Below are positions 9,898 through 18,943 of a stretch of DNA of 32,000 nt, piece by piece. The notes beneath the pieces were generated by a model that had not been told where the DNA came from, made no database searches, and saw nothing but the letters and a program-made list of their open reading frames with translations. Each line of letters begins with the position of its first letter. Within the stretch, counting starts at the first letter, position 1. The position numbers and the translations under genes were made by a program. Origin of the DNA: Paramicrosporidium saccamoebae KSL3 (Eukaryota; Fungi; Cryptomycota); the NCBI GenBank assembly GCA_002794465.1, contig MTSL01000003.1, positions 1 to 32,000 on the forward strand, given 5' to 3'.

Positions 9898-10833
9898 CTA
9901 TCTTATGATGGCTGCAACGGCTATGCTGGGGAATAGTGTCCCCGCTGTAGCGGTGGCAATATCTTCAAGTGAAATGTCCTGAGGGAATGATAGGCCGCCC
10001 CATATAATATGGCACACCCCGACGACTATAATGTCTTTTGATTTCAGAGTTCCCTCAACTGACATGCAATCTTCACTGAACAGTATTGGTCGATATTGAC
10101 CGTCCTCGACACGAAGCAAGACAGCGGCCAAAGGTGGACTGCCAATTGAATAGATTGTAATGCGTTTCTTAGCGAGACCCACCGCCAGTGCATTTTCTGA
10201 GGATCCGACCGCCTGCATCAAACTTTTCCTGTCAGAGAGATCTAGAGTCCTTAGTGCTTTCATTACTTCTGCATTTGAACCCTTCTTGAGACTATCAGAG
10301 AATACCATGCCTGTGCCATTTGTCCTAAGGCCGTAGTACCTTGTCAGGGCAGAAAGCCCAGTAGCCGTTTTTGTGAAGGATAGACCAACCCCAAAAAGCT
10401 TGCGGATAATGTCTTTAGAGGAGCCAATGTGTCCTGCGGGTGTAGAATTGGTGGGCCTGTAGAAGAACCAGGCTTTACGTATTAAAATTTTCGCGCGGTA
10501 TGGCTTCTCCAAGTCGGGGCTGCAATTTGGAGGGGTGACACTCTTCTCGCGACATAATTTTGCATCATTCAAGCTCACTCTGGGCCGCTTTTTCGAGTAA
10601 GAGTTCTCATTGACGAAACTGGTTGGTTTAGGAGTATCCTCGGTAAATTTTCCAGGATCAGGGCTATCACAGAGTAGTCCTCCAAGCCCATGTTCTTTGA
10701 CCTTTGTTGTCAAAGAGACGTGCTCCGAGTCGGGCATATGAGCCGGATAATCTTCAGTAAACTCTGACGTATCCACCAGGCTGCTGGCCTGCGTGGCAAG
10801 TACAAAAGCCAGAAAGATGAAAATGGCAACCAT
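9898..10833 (-). CDS. Secreted degenerate PP2C-fold family protein, paralog A
   Basis: The first ATG (10833) gives signal peptide MVAIFIFLAFVLATQASS. Family motifs: YGLRTNGTGMVFSDSL, SIGSPPLAAVLLR, SKDIIVVG. The PP2C assignment is inference. Confidence 0.75.
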   Translation of the reverse strand: MVAIFIFLAFVLATQASSLVDTSEFTEDYPAHMPDSEHVSLTTKVKEHGLGGLLCDSPDPGKFTEDTPKPTSFVNENSYSKKRPRVSLNDAKLCREKSVTPPNCSPDLEKPYRAKILIRKAWFFYRPTNSTPAGHIGSSKDIIRKLFGVGLSFTKTATGLSALTRYYGLRTNGTGMVFSDSLKKGSNAEVMKALRTLDLSDRKSLMQAVGSSENALAVGLAKKRITIYSIGSPPLAAVLLRVEDGQYRPILFSEDCMSVEGTLKSKDIIVVGVCHIIWGGLSFPQDISLEDIATATAGTLFPSIAVAAIIR

Positions 10834-11251
10834 CAGCAATGCGCCTGCACCCTTGCATAGTACTTTTCGGATATTATATTTTGGGAGCAACTTTAAAGAA
10901 GCTCAAAAAGGGAGAATACTTTAGTGACTGCATATCAGGCCGTTGCCATAATACAAGATGAGTATGATCAACCAGCTGTAATAGTTTTGAGTAGACTTTT
11001 ATTGGGGAATGGTAGTTATATGGGTCTAAACCTAGTGATCGGCCACTCGACTTGGATCAACTCTTACAACCACTGAATAATTACCACTGGCTACTGACTA
11101 CGTATCAACCACCACCGACTACTAACCCCCTACTACCAACTAACCCACTACCATCGACTATTAAACCTAGCACTGACTGCTCGATGCCCCATTGGCCAAG
11201 CCCCAATATGGAAGGCCATCATCGTCGTTCCCAATGTCAACAAAGCGGACC

Positions 11252-12310
11252 ATGAACGTACTTGCCGCTCTTGTTCTTCTCGGTCTCAGCGTCTGCAACG
11301 CCATGGTACCTGCTGTAAACCTCTTCCTGAGCAGCGCCAACCTCATGAACATGTATCTGGGAGTAGGCTACCCAATCCAAATCTTCAGCGCGGCTGTGGA
11401 CCTATCCATGACGGAAAGCTGGGTCATGAACTGCGAGGCGCTAATGTGTCAAAACGAAACTTACGATCCCTACAGTTCAGTGTCGTTTGCTCCACAGAAC
11501 GAGCTGTTCCGCCTGGACCAGCCCATCCATCTCGCCGCCAATGGCAGCTTTGAAGGCGCCTGGGTCCAGGACCGGCTGGACTTTGGAAATCTGCTGCTGC
11601 TGGGAATGGATTATCTGATGCTGAACAAAGCGCCAGTGATCCGACCGCTGCCCTTCATTGCCAGCTTTGGACTCGGCCGCGTTGCACGAAGCGAAATGCC
11701 CCACATGAACTTTATCACTTTGTTACAGAACGCAAACGTCATCAAAAGCGGTCAATTCGCCATCTCCCGCTCCCCCGTCAATACCACTGTGGGACGGATC
11801 GTCTTTGGCGACGTTACTCCAGGAATGTATGTCGGCAGTCTCGACTATTTTCCCATCTATGAGCCACAGCGTGGTTTTTGGAGTCTGTTCCTGAACAGCA
11901 CAAGCGTGGGGAATACGACTACGCCATTGCAAACATGCGCCATCCTCGACACTACCTTCCCTTACATTTCAGCCCCCGTTGACGTCTTCCAATTACTGTG
12001 TAATCAGCTTGGCTTTACCGATATCCGCTCCTACACGACCCCAGGCACCTATTACGCCGTGGCAGACTGCGCACTGATCGCAACTCTCCCAGACCTAGTG
12101 CTGACATTCGATACTACGGACTACACCTTCCCACCAAGTAGGTATCTGAGACCTGGAATGGGCGGGGTGTGCTACTTTATGGTACTCGGTGTTGATCTGG
12201 CTTCTCCTAAGGGCCCCGCCTGGCTGTTGGGTGACTTTTTCATGCAGGGTCGGATGATCAACTTTGATCTTGATAATGAGCGCATTGGTATAGCTATATC
12301 CACTCTATAA
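11252..12310 (+). CDS. Secreted pepsin-like (A1) aspartic protease homolog with degenerate catalytic motifs
   Basis: Signal peptide MNVLAALVLLGLSVCNA; LGVGYPIQIFSAAVDLSMTESWV; AILDTTFPYI; WLLGDFFMQ; FDLDNERIGIA. Confidence 0.88.
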   Translation: MNVLAALVLLGLSVCNAMVPAVNLFLSSANLMNMYLGVGYPIQIFSAAVDLSMTESWVMNCEALMCQNETYDPYSSVSFAPQNELFRLDQPIHLAANGSFEGAWVQDRLDFGNLLLLGMDYLMLNKAPVIRPLPFIASFGLGRVARSEMPHMNFITLLQNANVIKSGQFAISRSPVNTTVGRIVFGDVTPGMYVGSLDYFPIYEPQRGFWSLFLNSTSVGNTTTPLQTCAILDTTFPYISAPVDVFQLLCNQLGFTDIRSYTTPGTYYAVADCALIATLPDLVLTFDTTDYTFPPSRYLRPGMGGVCYFMVLGVDLASPKGPAWLLGDFFMQGRMINFDLDNERIGIAISTL

Positions 12311-12366
12311 ACCATAACTAACCAGACGAGTAAGGCGTCAATTTAAGGGAACCTGTCGATAAGCCT

Positions 12367-12552
12367 GCATTGAAAATTAATTCCCCCACGAATCTACGTT
12401 GAAAATTCGCTCCCTCACGAGTTAGCATTGAAACTTCACTCCCTCACGAGTTAGCATTGAAAATTCACTCCCTAGTGAGTCCACACCCCACATTCACTCC
12501 CTCGTGAATCCACACCCCCACATCCACTCCCTCATGAATCCACACCCACAAC
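12367..12552. repeat. 29-bp minisatellite, ~6 copies, with the unit sequence changing along the array
   Basis: GCATTGAAAATTCACTCCCTCACGAGTTA-type units grade into ACACCCCACATTCACTCCCTCGTGAATCC-type units. Confidence 0.85.
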
Positions 12553-12662
12553 CGCCTCCAAAAAGTATATTCTATTATAATTTGGGTGCTGCTGGGAGGC
12601 ATAATCTCATCAATCTTTCCCTCGGCGCCAATTACCCACACTGTCTTTCTGGATCTACTTTG

Positions 12663-13793
12663 TCATACATTATCCTCCTTAGGCAATTCAACTTTGCAGG
12701 CAATCACTAGCGAATTGCTAAGTGCTTTCCCATGGTATATGGATTTCGCAATGACTCTGATATCCTGTCCGACATTAAAACTAAGTCTTCTCGTGATAGC
12801 ATTGGAAATGAGAAAACTCTCCCCAACAACAATCACGTCTCCTGTAATAATTTCCTCATCAACAATTCGGGTAGTATTGCTGGAAAATACTGGCTTGTAA
12901 ATACTCCCGACCGGGCGAAGAATCACAGCTGATACGGGGGGATTGCCAAAGACGCGAATAACACAGCGGTTGTCAGCAATATAAACAATCAAACCGTCGA
13001 TTGTTGGTAGACCGGAATTTGAAGACGTGCCTAGATCTTTCGACACATAGTCGTTAATTTGCGACAGCTTCGTGGCACGAGGCATCTCAGTAGTTTTGGT
13101 TGTATTAGCAAGACCATCCATAACGTAAATCCGATTGGAATCTATGTAGAGACCAAAGTTTTTGAAACTCGCCTGTACAAACGACTTGGCGACTCGTACG
13201 CGTTTCCCACAGATGGTGTACTCTGCTAGGGGTTCGGTGGCCTCTCCGGAGGTTTGAGGAGGTACTGAGGGGCTTCCAGCATTGAACCAGGTCAGAGGTG
13301 CTTTTACCACTTCAGAATCGACTGTCGAAGGGGCACCAGCATCAGGAGGGCCTGTTTCTTTTAGTGTGGAGAGAGCTGGAGGTGCGGTGCGTGAATTGGA
13401 AAACTGAGGATTTTGAGGAACGGTACACAGATCGGAAAGCCGAGGCTTTTGAAGAACGGTACCCAAATTGGAAGGCCGAGGATTTTGAGAAACGGTATTC
13501 AAATTGGAAAGCCGGGGATTTTGGAGAACGGTACTCGAACTGGAAGGCTGGGAATGTATGCTAGCTTCAGTGGCAGCTGTTATCGACTGGCTAAGAGCCC
13601 TCGCAAGATGTCTGTAGCAATTTGGTGACATCTCTTCAAGCAAACGAAAAGCCTCTTTATCACCACTTGCCATGGCCCTCGCATAGATACGCCCTTTAGC
13701 ACCGTCCGGCATGATTGGAAATGTGGCGTATGCATGTTGAATGCATAACGTTAGGCAGCCGAGGGAAAAAAGGCCTTGCAATGAAGACAGCAT
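12663..13793 (-). CDS. Secreted degenerate PP2C-fold family protein, paralog B
   Basis: Signal peptide MLSSLQGLFSLGCLTLCIQHAYA (alternative ATG at 13823). Motifs FGLYIDSNRIYVMDGL, VFGNPPVSAVILR, TGDVIVVG, C-terminal LVIACKVEL. Confidence 0.8.
   Translation of the reverse strand: MLSSLQGLFSLGCLTLCIQHAYATFPIMPDGAKGRIYARAMASGDKEAFRLLEEMSPNCYRHLARALSQSITAATEASIHSQPSSSSTVLQNPRLSNLNTVSQNPRPSNLGTVLQKPRLSDLCTVPQNPQFSNSRTAPPALSTLKETGPPDAGAPSTVDSEVVKAPLTWFNAGSPSVPPQTSGEATEPLAEYTICGKRVRVAKSFVQASFKNFGLYIDSNRIYVMDGLANTTKTTEMPRATKLSQINDYVSKDLGTSSNSGLPTIDGLIVYIADNRCVIRVFGNPPVSAVILRPVGSIYKPVFSSNTTRIVDEEIITGDVIVVGESFLISNAITRRLSFNVGQDIRVIAKSIYHGKALSNSLVIACKVELPKEDNV
13394..13555 (-). repeat. Coding 36-bp (12-aa) repeat, ~4.5 copies, in the paralog B linker
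   Basis: QNPRLSNLNTVS / QNPRPSNLGTVL / QKPRLSDLCTVP / QNPQFSNSRT. Confidence 0.9.
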
Positions 13794-14042
13794 GATTTTT
13801 ATCCCCGGCACTATGAACCACACTCAACTGGACGTTTGGCCTATGCGATGGACCTGAGCCTTTTGATAAAGCGCCGTGAATAAACTCTCTGGTCCGTAGC
13901 TAGATCCAAAGAGGTGCAAAACTGTTAGTTTACACTTTCTCTGATAACACCACCGGCCTTGGTGATTTCTGATGCGCAATTGGTCAATCCGCGCTGTCTA
14001 GGGAATGATAGCCTTTATTGGCAGTCACTCTTGCTGACGCAG

Positions 14043-14063
14043 ATCTGGGTTGGGACCAACAAT
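14043..14063 (-). promoter_or_regulatory. Core of the dispersed promoter module (TTGTTGGTCCCAACCCAGAT)
   Basis: The reverse complement matches the module core at ~16492-16511, in the divergent promoter of paralogs B and C. Confidence 0.5.
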
Positions 14064-14223
14064 TACAAGTAGGTATCATCTTGCAAGCCTTTCTATTGTT
14101 GCGCGGTTATTGATAGGCCCACACATATTCTTTCTCAATTCAGGCCATCAGCTCATGGGCCACACGTGCAACATAGCCCCCTTCATAGATTCATAAGCTA
14201 GACCCTTGTAACCAGGGGTCGGC

Positions 14224-15426
14224 ATGAAGAGTCTCACTTTGCTGACGCTGGTTATTAGTTGCCTACTGCACAATTGCTTCTCTGGAGAGTCCCCGCTCGT
14301 GAGACGTGAAACTTCTGGGGATGCCAGTTCTGATTCTATGTCTGCTTCGCTGATGGACGGGTGGCTCCCGAGTGACCTGGTGAGAGCCCTCAACTTTCTA
14401 GATATTGGAGAATCTAGTTGCTCTTGGGACAGTAAGCCTGATACGCCTATTGCCACGCAACGTGTCTTTGACCACAGCCTGTGGGGTTTTGCCGAACACG
14501 CTCTCATTTCTGGCCAGCCGGCACGTGAGATAGACTACTTGCTTGTTCAAAAAAATGCATTGGGCTTCAGAGCAAATGTAGAGGAGGTTACCGTCTCAGA
14601 CGGGCTGTCAAAGTCTAGCTGCACCGTCCGTGAGACTGATGTGAAGCCACTTCGGATAACTGAAGACGAGTTCGATAGATACACGATAAGCGAGGGCTTC
14701 TCTATCAAAGAGAAAGGGATTTTTGCTGCTCTCATTAAGAGGGATGGAAACGGCACACTGGCCGTTGGAGCGATCGGCAACCCGAGTTTGGCAGTGGCCG
14801 TTTACTACAAAGCTGGAACGTACTATCGTCGCTATGAGATTAGTTCCGTTGATCGTGTTGAGTTTGTGGACCCCCATGTAGACGATATCGTTGTTGTTGC
14901 CCCTCGCAAGACTCTCGAGTACATTAAGCTACCGAGCTCGTTGTCGCTTGAAGAACTTGCCAAAAAGATTTACGACGAGCAACCGGATATTGTGTCAGTG
15001 TCCCGCATTGCCTATAATAAGTCTGTCGTGATGCCCAAAAAACGTCGAGTGCCAAGTCCTAGTCAGGGCACTGATTTGCCAACCATTGCAGAAGCTACAG
15101 AGGACGGCAGAGTCAAACTTTTCAACCGCGGCAAAGAAAATTATCCTCCTTTGCCACTGGACATCGCGGCACCTACTAAAACACTTGAGAAGCGTGCTGA
15201 CCGTCGTAAACCGTCTACTAAGGCGCATACTATGTCTGCTGCATCGCCTAAGATGCCTGCTAATCGTCGTAGGGAATCTGCCTACGCACATAAGACGCCT
15301 GCTAACACGCATAAGACTCCTGCAACATTGCCCCAGACGCCTGTCGCTTCATCTACTCTTAAAAGCCCAAATGGGCTCAAAGCTGAGAGTGCACCATTCG
15401 TCCCGGGCAAATTTCTAAAGCATTAG
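14224..15426 (+). CDS. Secreted degenerate PP2C-fold family protein, paralog C, with a basic/Pro-Thr-rich tail
   Basis: Signal peptide MKSLTLLTLVISCLLHNCFS. Motifs LGFRANVEEVTVSDGL, AIGNPSLAVAVYY, VDDIVVVA. Confidence 0.8.
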   Translation: MKSLTLLTLVISCLLHNCFSGESPLVRRETSGDASSDSMSASLMDGWLPSDLVRALNFLDIGESSCSWDSKPDTPIATQRVFDHSLWGFAEHALISGQPAREIDYLLVQKNALGFRANVEEVTVSDGLSKSSCTVRETDVKPLRITEDEFDRYTISEGFSIKEKGIFAALIKRDGNGTLAVGAIGNPSLAVAVYYKAGTYYRRYEISSVDRVEFVDPHVDDIVVVAPRKTLEYIKLPSSLSLEELAKKIYDEQPDIVSVSRIAYNKSVVMPKKRRVPSPSQGTDLPTIAEATEDGRVKLFNRGKENYPPLPLDIAAPTKTLEKRADRRKPSTKAHTMSAASPKMPANRRRESAYAHKTPANTHKTPATLPQTPVASSTLKSPNGLKAESAPFVPGKFLKH

Positions 15427-15516
15427 CCTTGGGATTTGGTGAGGACGCGAATTACTCTATTGCAGAATGGAGCAAAAATCTCAATAAAGAGTCTTTAATA
15501 CCAACCCTCTTCGAAA

Positions 15517-16371
15517 CTACAGCTCACACTTGATAGCAATTAGTAGAGACTGGTGTGCAGCATTAACAGGATAGAGCCGTTGAGATACATAAACTGCATT
15601 ATTTGTGGCTCTGAACTTGATGCTCGGCAATGACTCCATGATCAAGGAATAATCTCCCACTAGTATAATGTCCCCGGGACGGTGTTCACATTCAACCAGG
15701 GCGTCCGGTTCACTAAACAAAATTGGTTCAAGCGATCGGTCCTTATTGCGCATTACAACTGCGGCTACTGGCGGGCTCCCAAATGTTCTTAAAAGAATAC
15801 TGACACGTTCCCTCACTGCTGCTTCAAAAGAGACGGAAATTCCAGCCGATAAAAGACAGAAATGTTGTGCAAAAGTTTCAGCAGTCTGTAGCATTTCACG
15901 TTTCATAAGATAGCCCGGGCGCTTAAATGATTGAACGGAAGCTCTCAATAATTCTGAACGACTTCTGTAGCCATCAGAAATAGTGGCCCAATTTGCACTA
16001 ATTTGAAATCCGAAACGGGTATTTTCCCCAATAATCTTTCCATGGCTCTTTCGGGCACTTATTCCCTGAACGACACAAACGGGCATGAAGGCTAGATCAG
16101 AAGATAAAAACTTGGACATTGGATACGGTATGTTCCCATAACCTTTAAACCAAACAGGTGCTGGTTCTGATCGTTTAGCGATAGGATGTTGGGTGGATTG
16201 AAAACCCCGCCCGGCAAATGGGCCCGTATTTTTAGAGTGCGGAATATTTTGTATCATTCTCACCTGCTGAACAGGGTTCAGTGGCATACACTCGGTCTCA
16301 TCCGTTACTGTCAATATAGAGCATTTGATCAAGTGAAGAACCAAAAAGAAATGTACAGGCCACAAGTCCAT
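15517..16371 (-). CDS. Secreted degenerate PP2C-fold family protein, paralog D
   Basis: Signal peptide MDLWPVHFFLVLHLIKCS. Motifs FGFQISANWATISDGY, TFGSPPVAAVVMR, PGDIILVGD, C-terminal LLIAIKCEL. Confidence 0.8.
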   Translation of the reverse strand: MDLWPVHFFLVLHLIKCSILTVTDETECMPLNPVQQVRMIQNIPHSKNTGPFAGRGFQSTQHPIAKRSEPAPVWFKGYGNIPYPMSKFLSSDLAFMPVCVVQGISARKSHGKIIGENTRFGFQISANWATISDGYRSRSELLRASVQSFKRPGYLMKREMLQTAETFAQHFCLLSAGISVSFEAAVRERVSILLRTFGSPPVAAVVMRNKDRSLEPILFSEPDALVECEHRPGDIILVGDYSLIMESLPSIKFRATNNAVYVSQRLYPVNAAHQSLLIAIKCEL

Positions 16372-16487
16372 TATGCAAGTGTAATGTGGCAAGCTATGCC
16401 CCGGCCCTTTCGAAAATGCGTGTTGTGGGCCATCAGGATTACACCATTAAAGTGTGCTTATAAAGCTTTGTTAAACGATATCGGCCC

Positions 16488-16585
16488 ATGATTGGTGGTC
16501 CCAACCCTGATATTCAGGCTACCCCGCAACCTTTTCCTGGCATACTGAAGATGGCAGCCTATAAAGACGCCACGCTTTAATAAAC
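16488..16585 (+). promoter_or_regulatory. Dispersed ~95-bp promoter-like module, copy 1
   Basis: ATGATTGGTGGTCCCAACCCTGATATTCAGG...GATGGCAGCCTATAAAGACGCCACGCTTTAATAAAC, homologous to 29634-29728 and 24322-24385. Contains CCAAT (reverse) and TATA-like elements. Confidence 0.7.
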
Positions 16586-16686
16586 CAATTTCGTCATTCA
16601 TCACGCCCTTTACTGGAGCCCCCCCCCCCATGGATCTTTACTAAAGCCATCGGCGTTAAAAAATGATTTTCCAAGGCCGGGGCCAT

Positions 16687-18804
16687 ATGATGTTACAAGT
16701 TTTCTCGCTGCTTTTTGTCGCGTACTGTTATGCGTTGGTGGTGGAATTTGATCCGGAAGTGGAAGCTCGCTATTCTATCCACAATACAGTAAAGGCCGTA
16801 CTGTCCTCGTTTGAGATCAATTCGGAAAATATGCCCATTGTGCATAAAGTCTTGAGTGACCCTGTGGACGTCTTCCACAAAATCTACGCAAACATAGAGG
16901 AGCCACAGAGACGTATTGACGAGCTTGATAAATTTATGGCTAATAAGCAATATCATACGACTGTATTCAGTGGGAAAAAGCTAGTGAAAAATCCCAAAAT
17001 GCTTAAACGCCTGTTCGTGCAAAGTAGTATTGGCTACTATGGAGGAATCCTGGAAAATTTACCGCCTGCTTTCGAAGAATGGCCCGCCAATGACTTGATC
17101 AAAAGCATCTTTTCCAACATTATTGCTCACTCCTTTAATATGATATCTTCATTTAACTGGCTAGAATTGTATCTTGAAAATTGTCAAGATGAAGAGGCTA
17201 CCTGGCTATTCCAGCAAATGTACTCGGTGATGACACCCACGATTTTAGCCGTCTTTGTTGGCGACACACGGAAACACGCCTCGCAAAGAGTTGCCGAATA
17301 CCTGTTGGAAGACTCTATTACTTCATCAGAACGACTGATTCGGGTCCTGATGACACTGACTTCTGGTATAAGGTCCGACATTGGTAAAGACCAACGAGCC
17401 ATCATCCAAGATGCATGGGTCACGCTCCATAAAAGCGTTATTGAATTACCAACTGGCGCAATTATTGATTCTGAAGGGGTTGCTGATCTTTGCAGCAAAG
17501 TGCTAAACCCATCAAAAGACGATCGTGAGTCGAATGTGGCAAAGGAGGAACGCTATCGGGCGTTGCTTGAAATGGTGCTCGTCATTGCGGAAGGTACCGG
17601 TTCCGGCCCTGCGTGGTCAGTCGTCACTAGCTTGACTCGGCATTGCACCGGTCTGGCAATTAAGAGCGCAGTTTGCGGGCAGATTGCCACGACAATACTA
17701 TCAAAACTTGACCCTGAAAAGATTGGTGCGCCATCGTTAAAAGATGTCTGTTTAATGGCATCCATTAATAAGGGATATGCATCTATTGATGAATCGCTAC
17801 TACACCCTTTTCCTCAGAGTTGGCGTCCCTCTTTTTTCCGAACCGACAAGGAGAATCTAGAATTGTTCATGAGAAGTGCTAATTTTGAAATTTTCACCCG
17901 CAAGAGAGTAGCAAATAGTACGTCTTTCCCCCAGGTATTCGATATTTTCGAAAAGACTTATGATCTGCCTTGGAATGCTTTCATAACTACCCAGGCCGAC
18001 AGCAGTGTATGGATAGGGACTGCGGCAATCGACTACGCGGAACGATTCATACAAGCGCAGAAAGACGACACCGTTGACAGTCTGGAGTATGACTTTGAAA
18101 TGTCCATACAGATCATAGTTCTGTCGTGGCTATATTCGCTGGCAACTAGCAGTCGCCTTGCTAGTAACGGGCTCTTAAAACCCAATCAGATCCAAAATCA
18201 TTGGGAAGACTTTTTTGATGACATAACAGACAGCTACAATCTCGATGAAACGACTATAAGCTGCATAGACAATCTTTTAACTTACTCAAGCATTCGTGAG
18301 CATTTTACCGTCCACGACCTCATAAAGACAATCAGCAATGTCACTGACAATGATTTTCTGCTGGCTAGTTCTGAAGAGAGCGAGGATTATTCTTCTTCTT
18401 CCAACAATGCAAATAGCAGCGAGGAGAGCAGCAGCCTATATGAAAATAGACCCAGAGGGCACGATGATAGTGAAACGTACAGTAATGCTCAGGATGTTGA
18501 TAGTAACGATGATGAAGAATCCAGCAATTCCCAGGACGTTGGTGGCGGTGATAGCGAAGAATCCAGCAATGCTCAGGATGCTGATGGCGGAGATAGTGAA
18601 GAATCTAGCAATGCTCAAAATGTTGGTGACGGTAATAGTAAAGACGACAGAAATACTCAGAGTTCTGACGGAGAAGACAGAAGTATTCAGAGGAGTTCTG
18701 ACAGTGAATACAGCAATGCTCAGGCACCCAATAGCGATGATGATTCGTTGTCAGAAGCCGCTCACATCATGGTTGATCTTGGAATGCGCCACCCGTCAAC
18801 ATAG
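16687..18804 (+). CDS. Large secreted protein with an acidic Ser/Asp/Glu/Asn repeat tail
   Basis: Signal peptide MMLQVFSLLFVAYCYA; ~560-aa helical-looking body; low-complexity acidic C-terminus. Confidence 0.8.
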   Translation: MMLQVFSLLFVAYCYALVVEFDPEVEARYSIHNTVKAVLSSFEINSENMPIVHKVLSDPVDVFHKIYANIEEPQRRIDELDKFMANKQYHTTVFSGKKLVKNPKMLKRLFVQSSIGYYGGILENLPPAFEEWPANDLIKSIFSNIIAHSFNMISSFNWLELYLENCQDEEATWLFQQMYSVMTPTILAVFVGDTRKHASQRVAEYLLEDSITSSERLIRVLMTLTSGIRSDIGKDQRAIIQDAWVTLHKSVIELPTGAIIDSEGVADLCSKVLNPSKDDRESNVAKEERYRALLEMVLVIAEGTGSGPAWSVVTSLTRHCTGLAIKSAVCGQIATTILSKLDPEKIGAPSLKDVCLMASINKGYASIDESLLHPFPQSWRPSFFRTDKENLELFMRSANFEIFTRKRVANSTSFPQVFDIFEKTYDLPWNAFITTQADSSVWIGTAAIDYAERFIQAQKDDTVDSLEYDFEMSIQIIVLSWLYSLATSSRLASNGLLKPNQIQNHWEDFFDDITDSYNLDETTISCIDNLLTYSSIREHFTVHDLIKTISNVTDNDFLLASSEESEDYSSSSNNANSSEESSSLYENRPRGHDDSETYSNAQDVDSNDDEESSNSQDVGGGDSEESSNAQDADGGDSEESSNAQNVGDGNSKDDRNTQSSDGEDRSIQRSSDSEYSNAQAPNSDDDSLSEAAHIMVDLGMRHPST
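18478..18645 (+). repeat. Coding 42-bp (14-aa) repeat, 4 copies
   Basis: YSNAQDVDSNDDEE / SSNSQDVGGGDSEE / SSNAQDADGGDSEE / SSNAQNVGDGNSKD. Confidence 0.9.
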
Positions 18805-18943
18805 AGATCAAGATCCTTGTCTCTGGAACAACAACACTAAGACTGTTGTTGGGGTAATCTTATAATAAATTGCTGCATCATCATGAAACTACGAGCACGT
18901 ATATACCGACCGGGGATTTCAACGTTTGCACTTTTGGCCTTGC

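Noticed and set aside
11080-11170. ACT/ACC-rich low-complexity stretch upstream of the protease gene
   Set aside because: It has no consistent period and is treated as ordinary low complexity.
13298-13564. Antisense ORF with protein-like repeats NWKAEDFEERYS; variation looked more synonymous in this frame (about 6 of 15 variable columns) than in the sense frame (about 3)
   Set aside because: The counts are too small to separate from chance, there is no ATG context, and the sense frame is contiguous with a signal peptide and the family domain.
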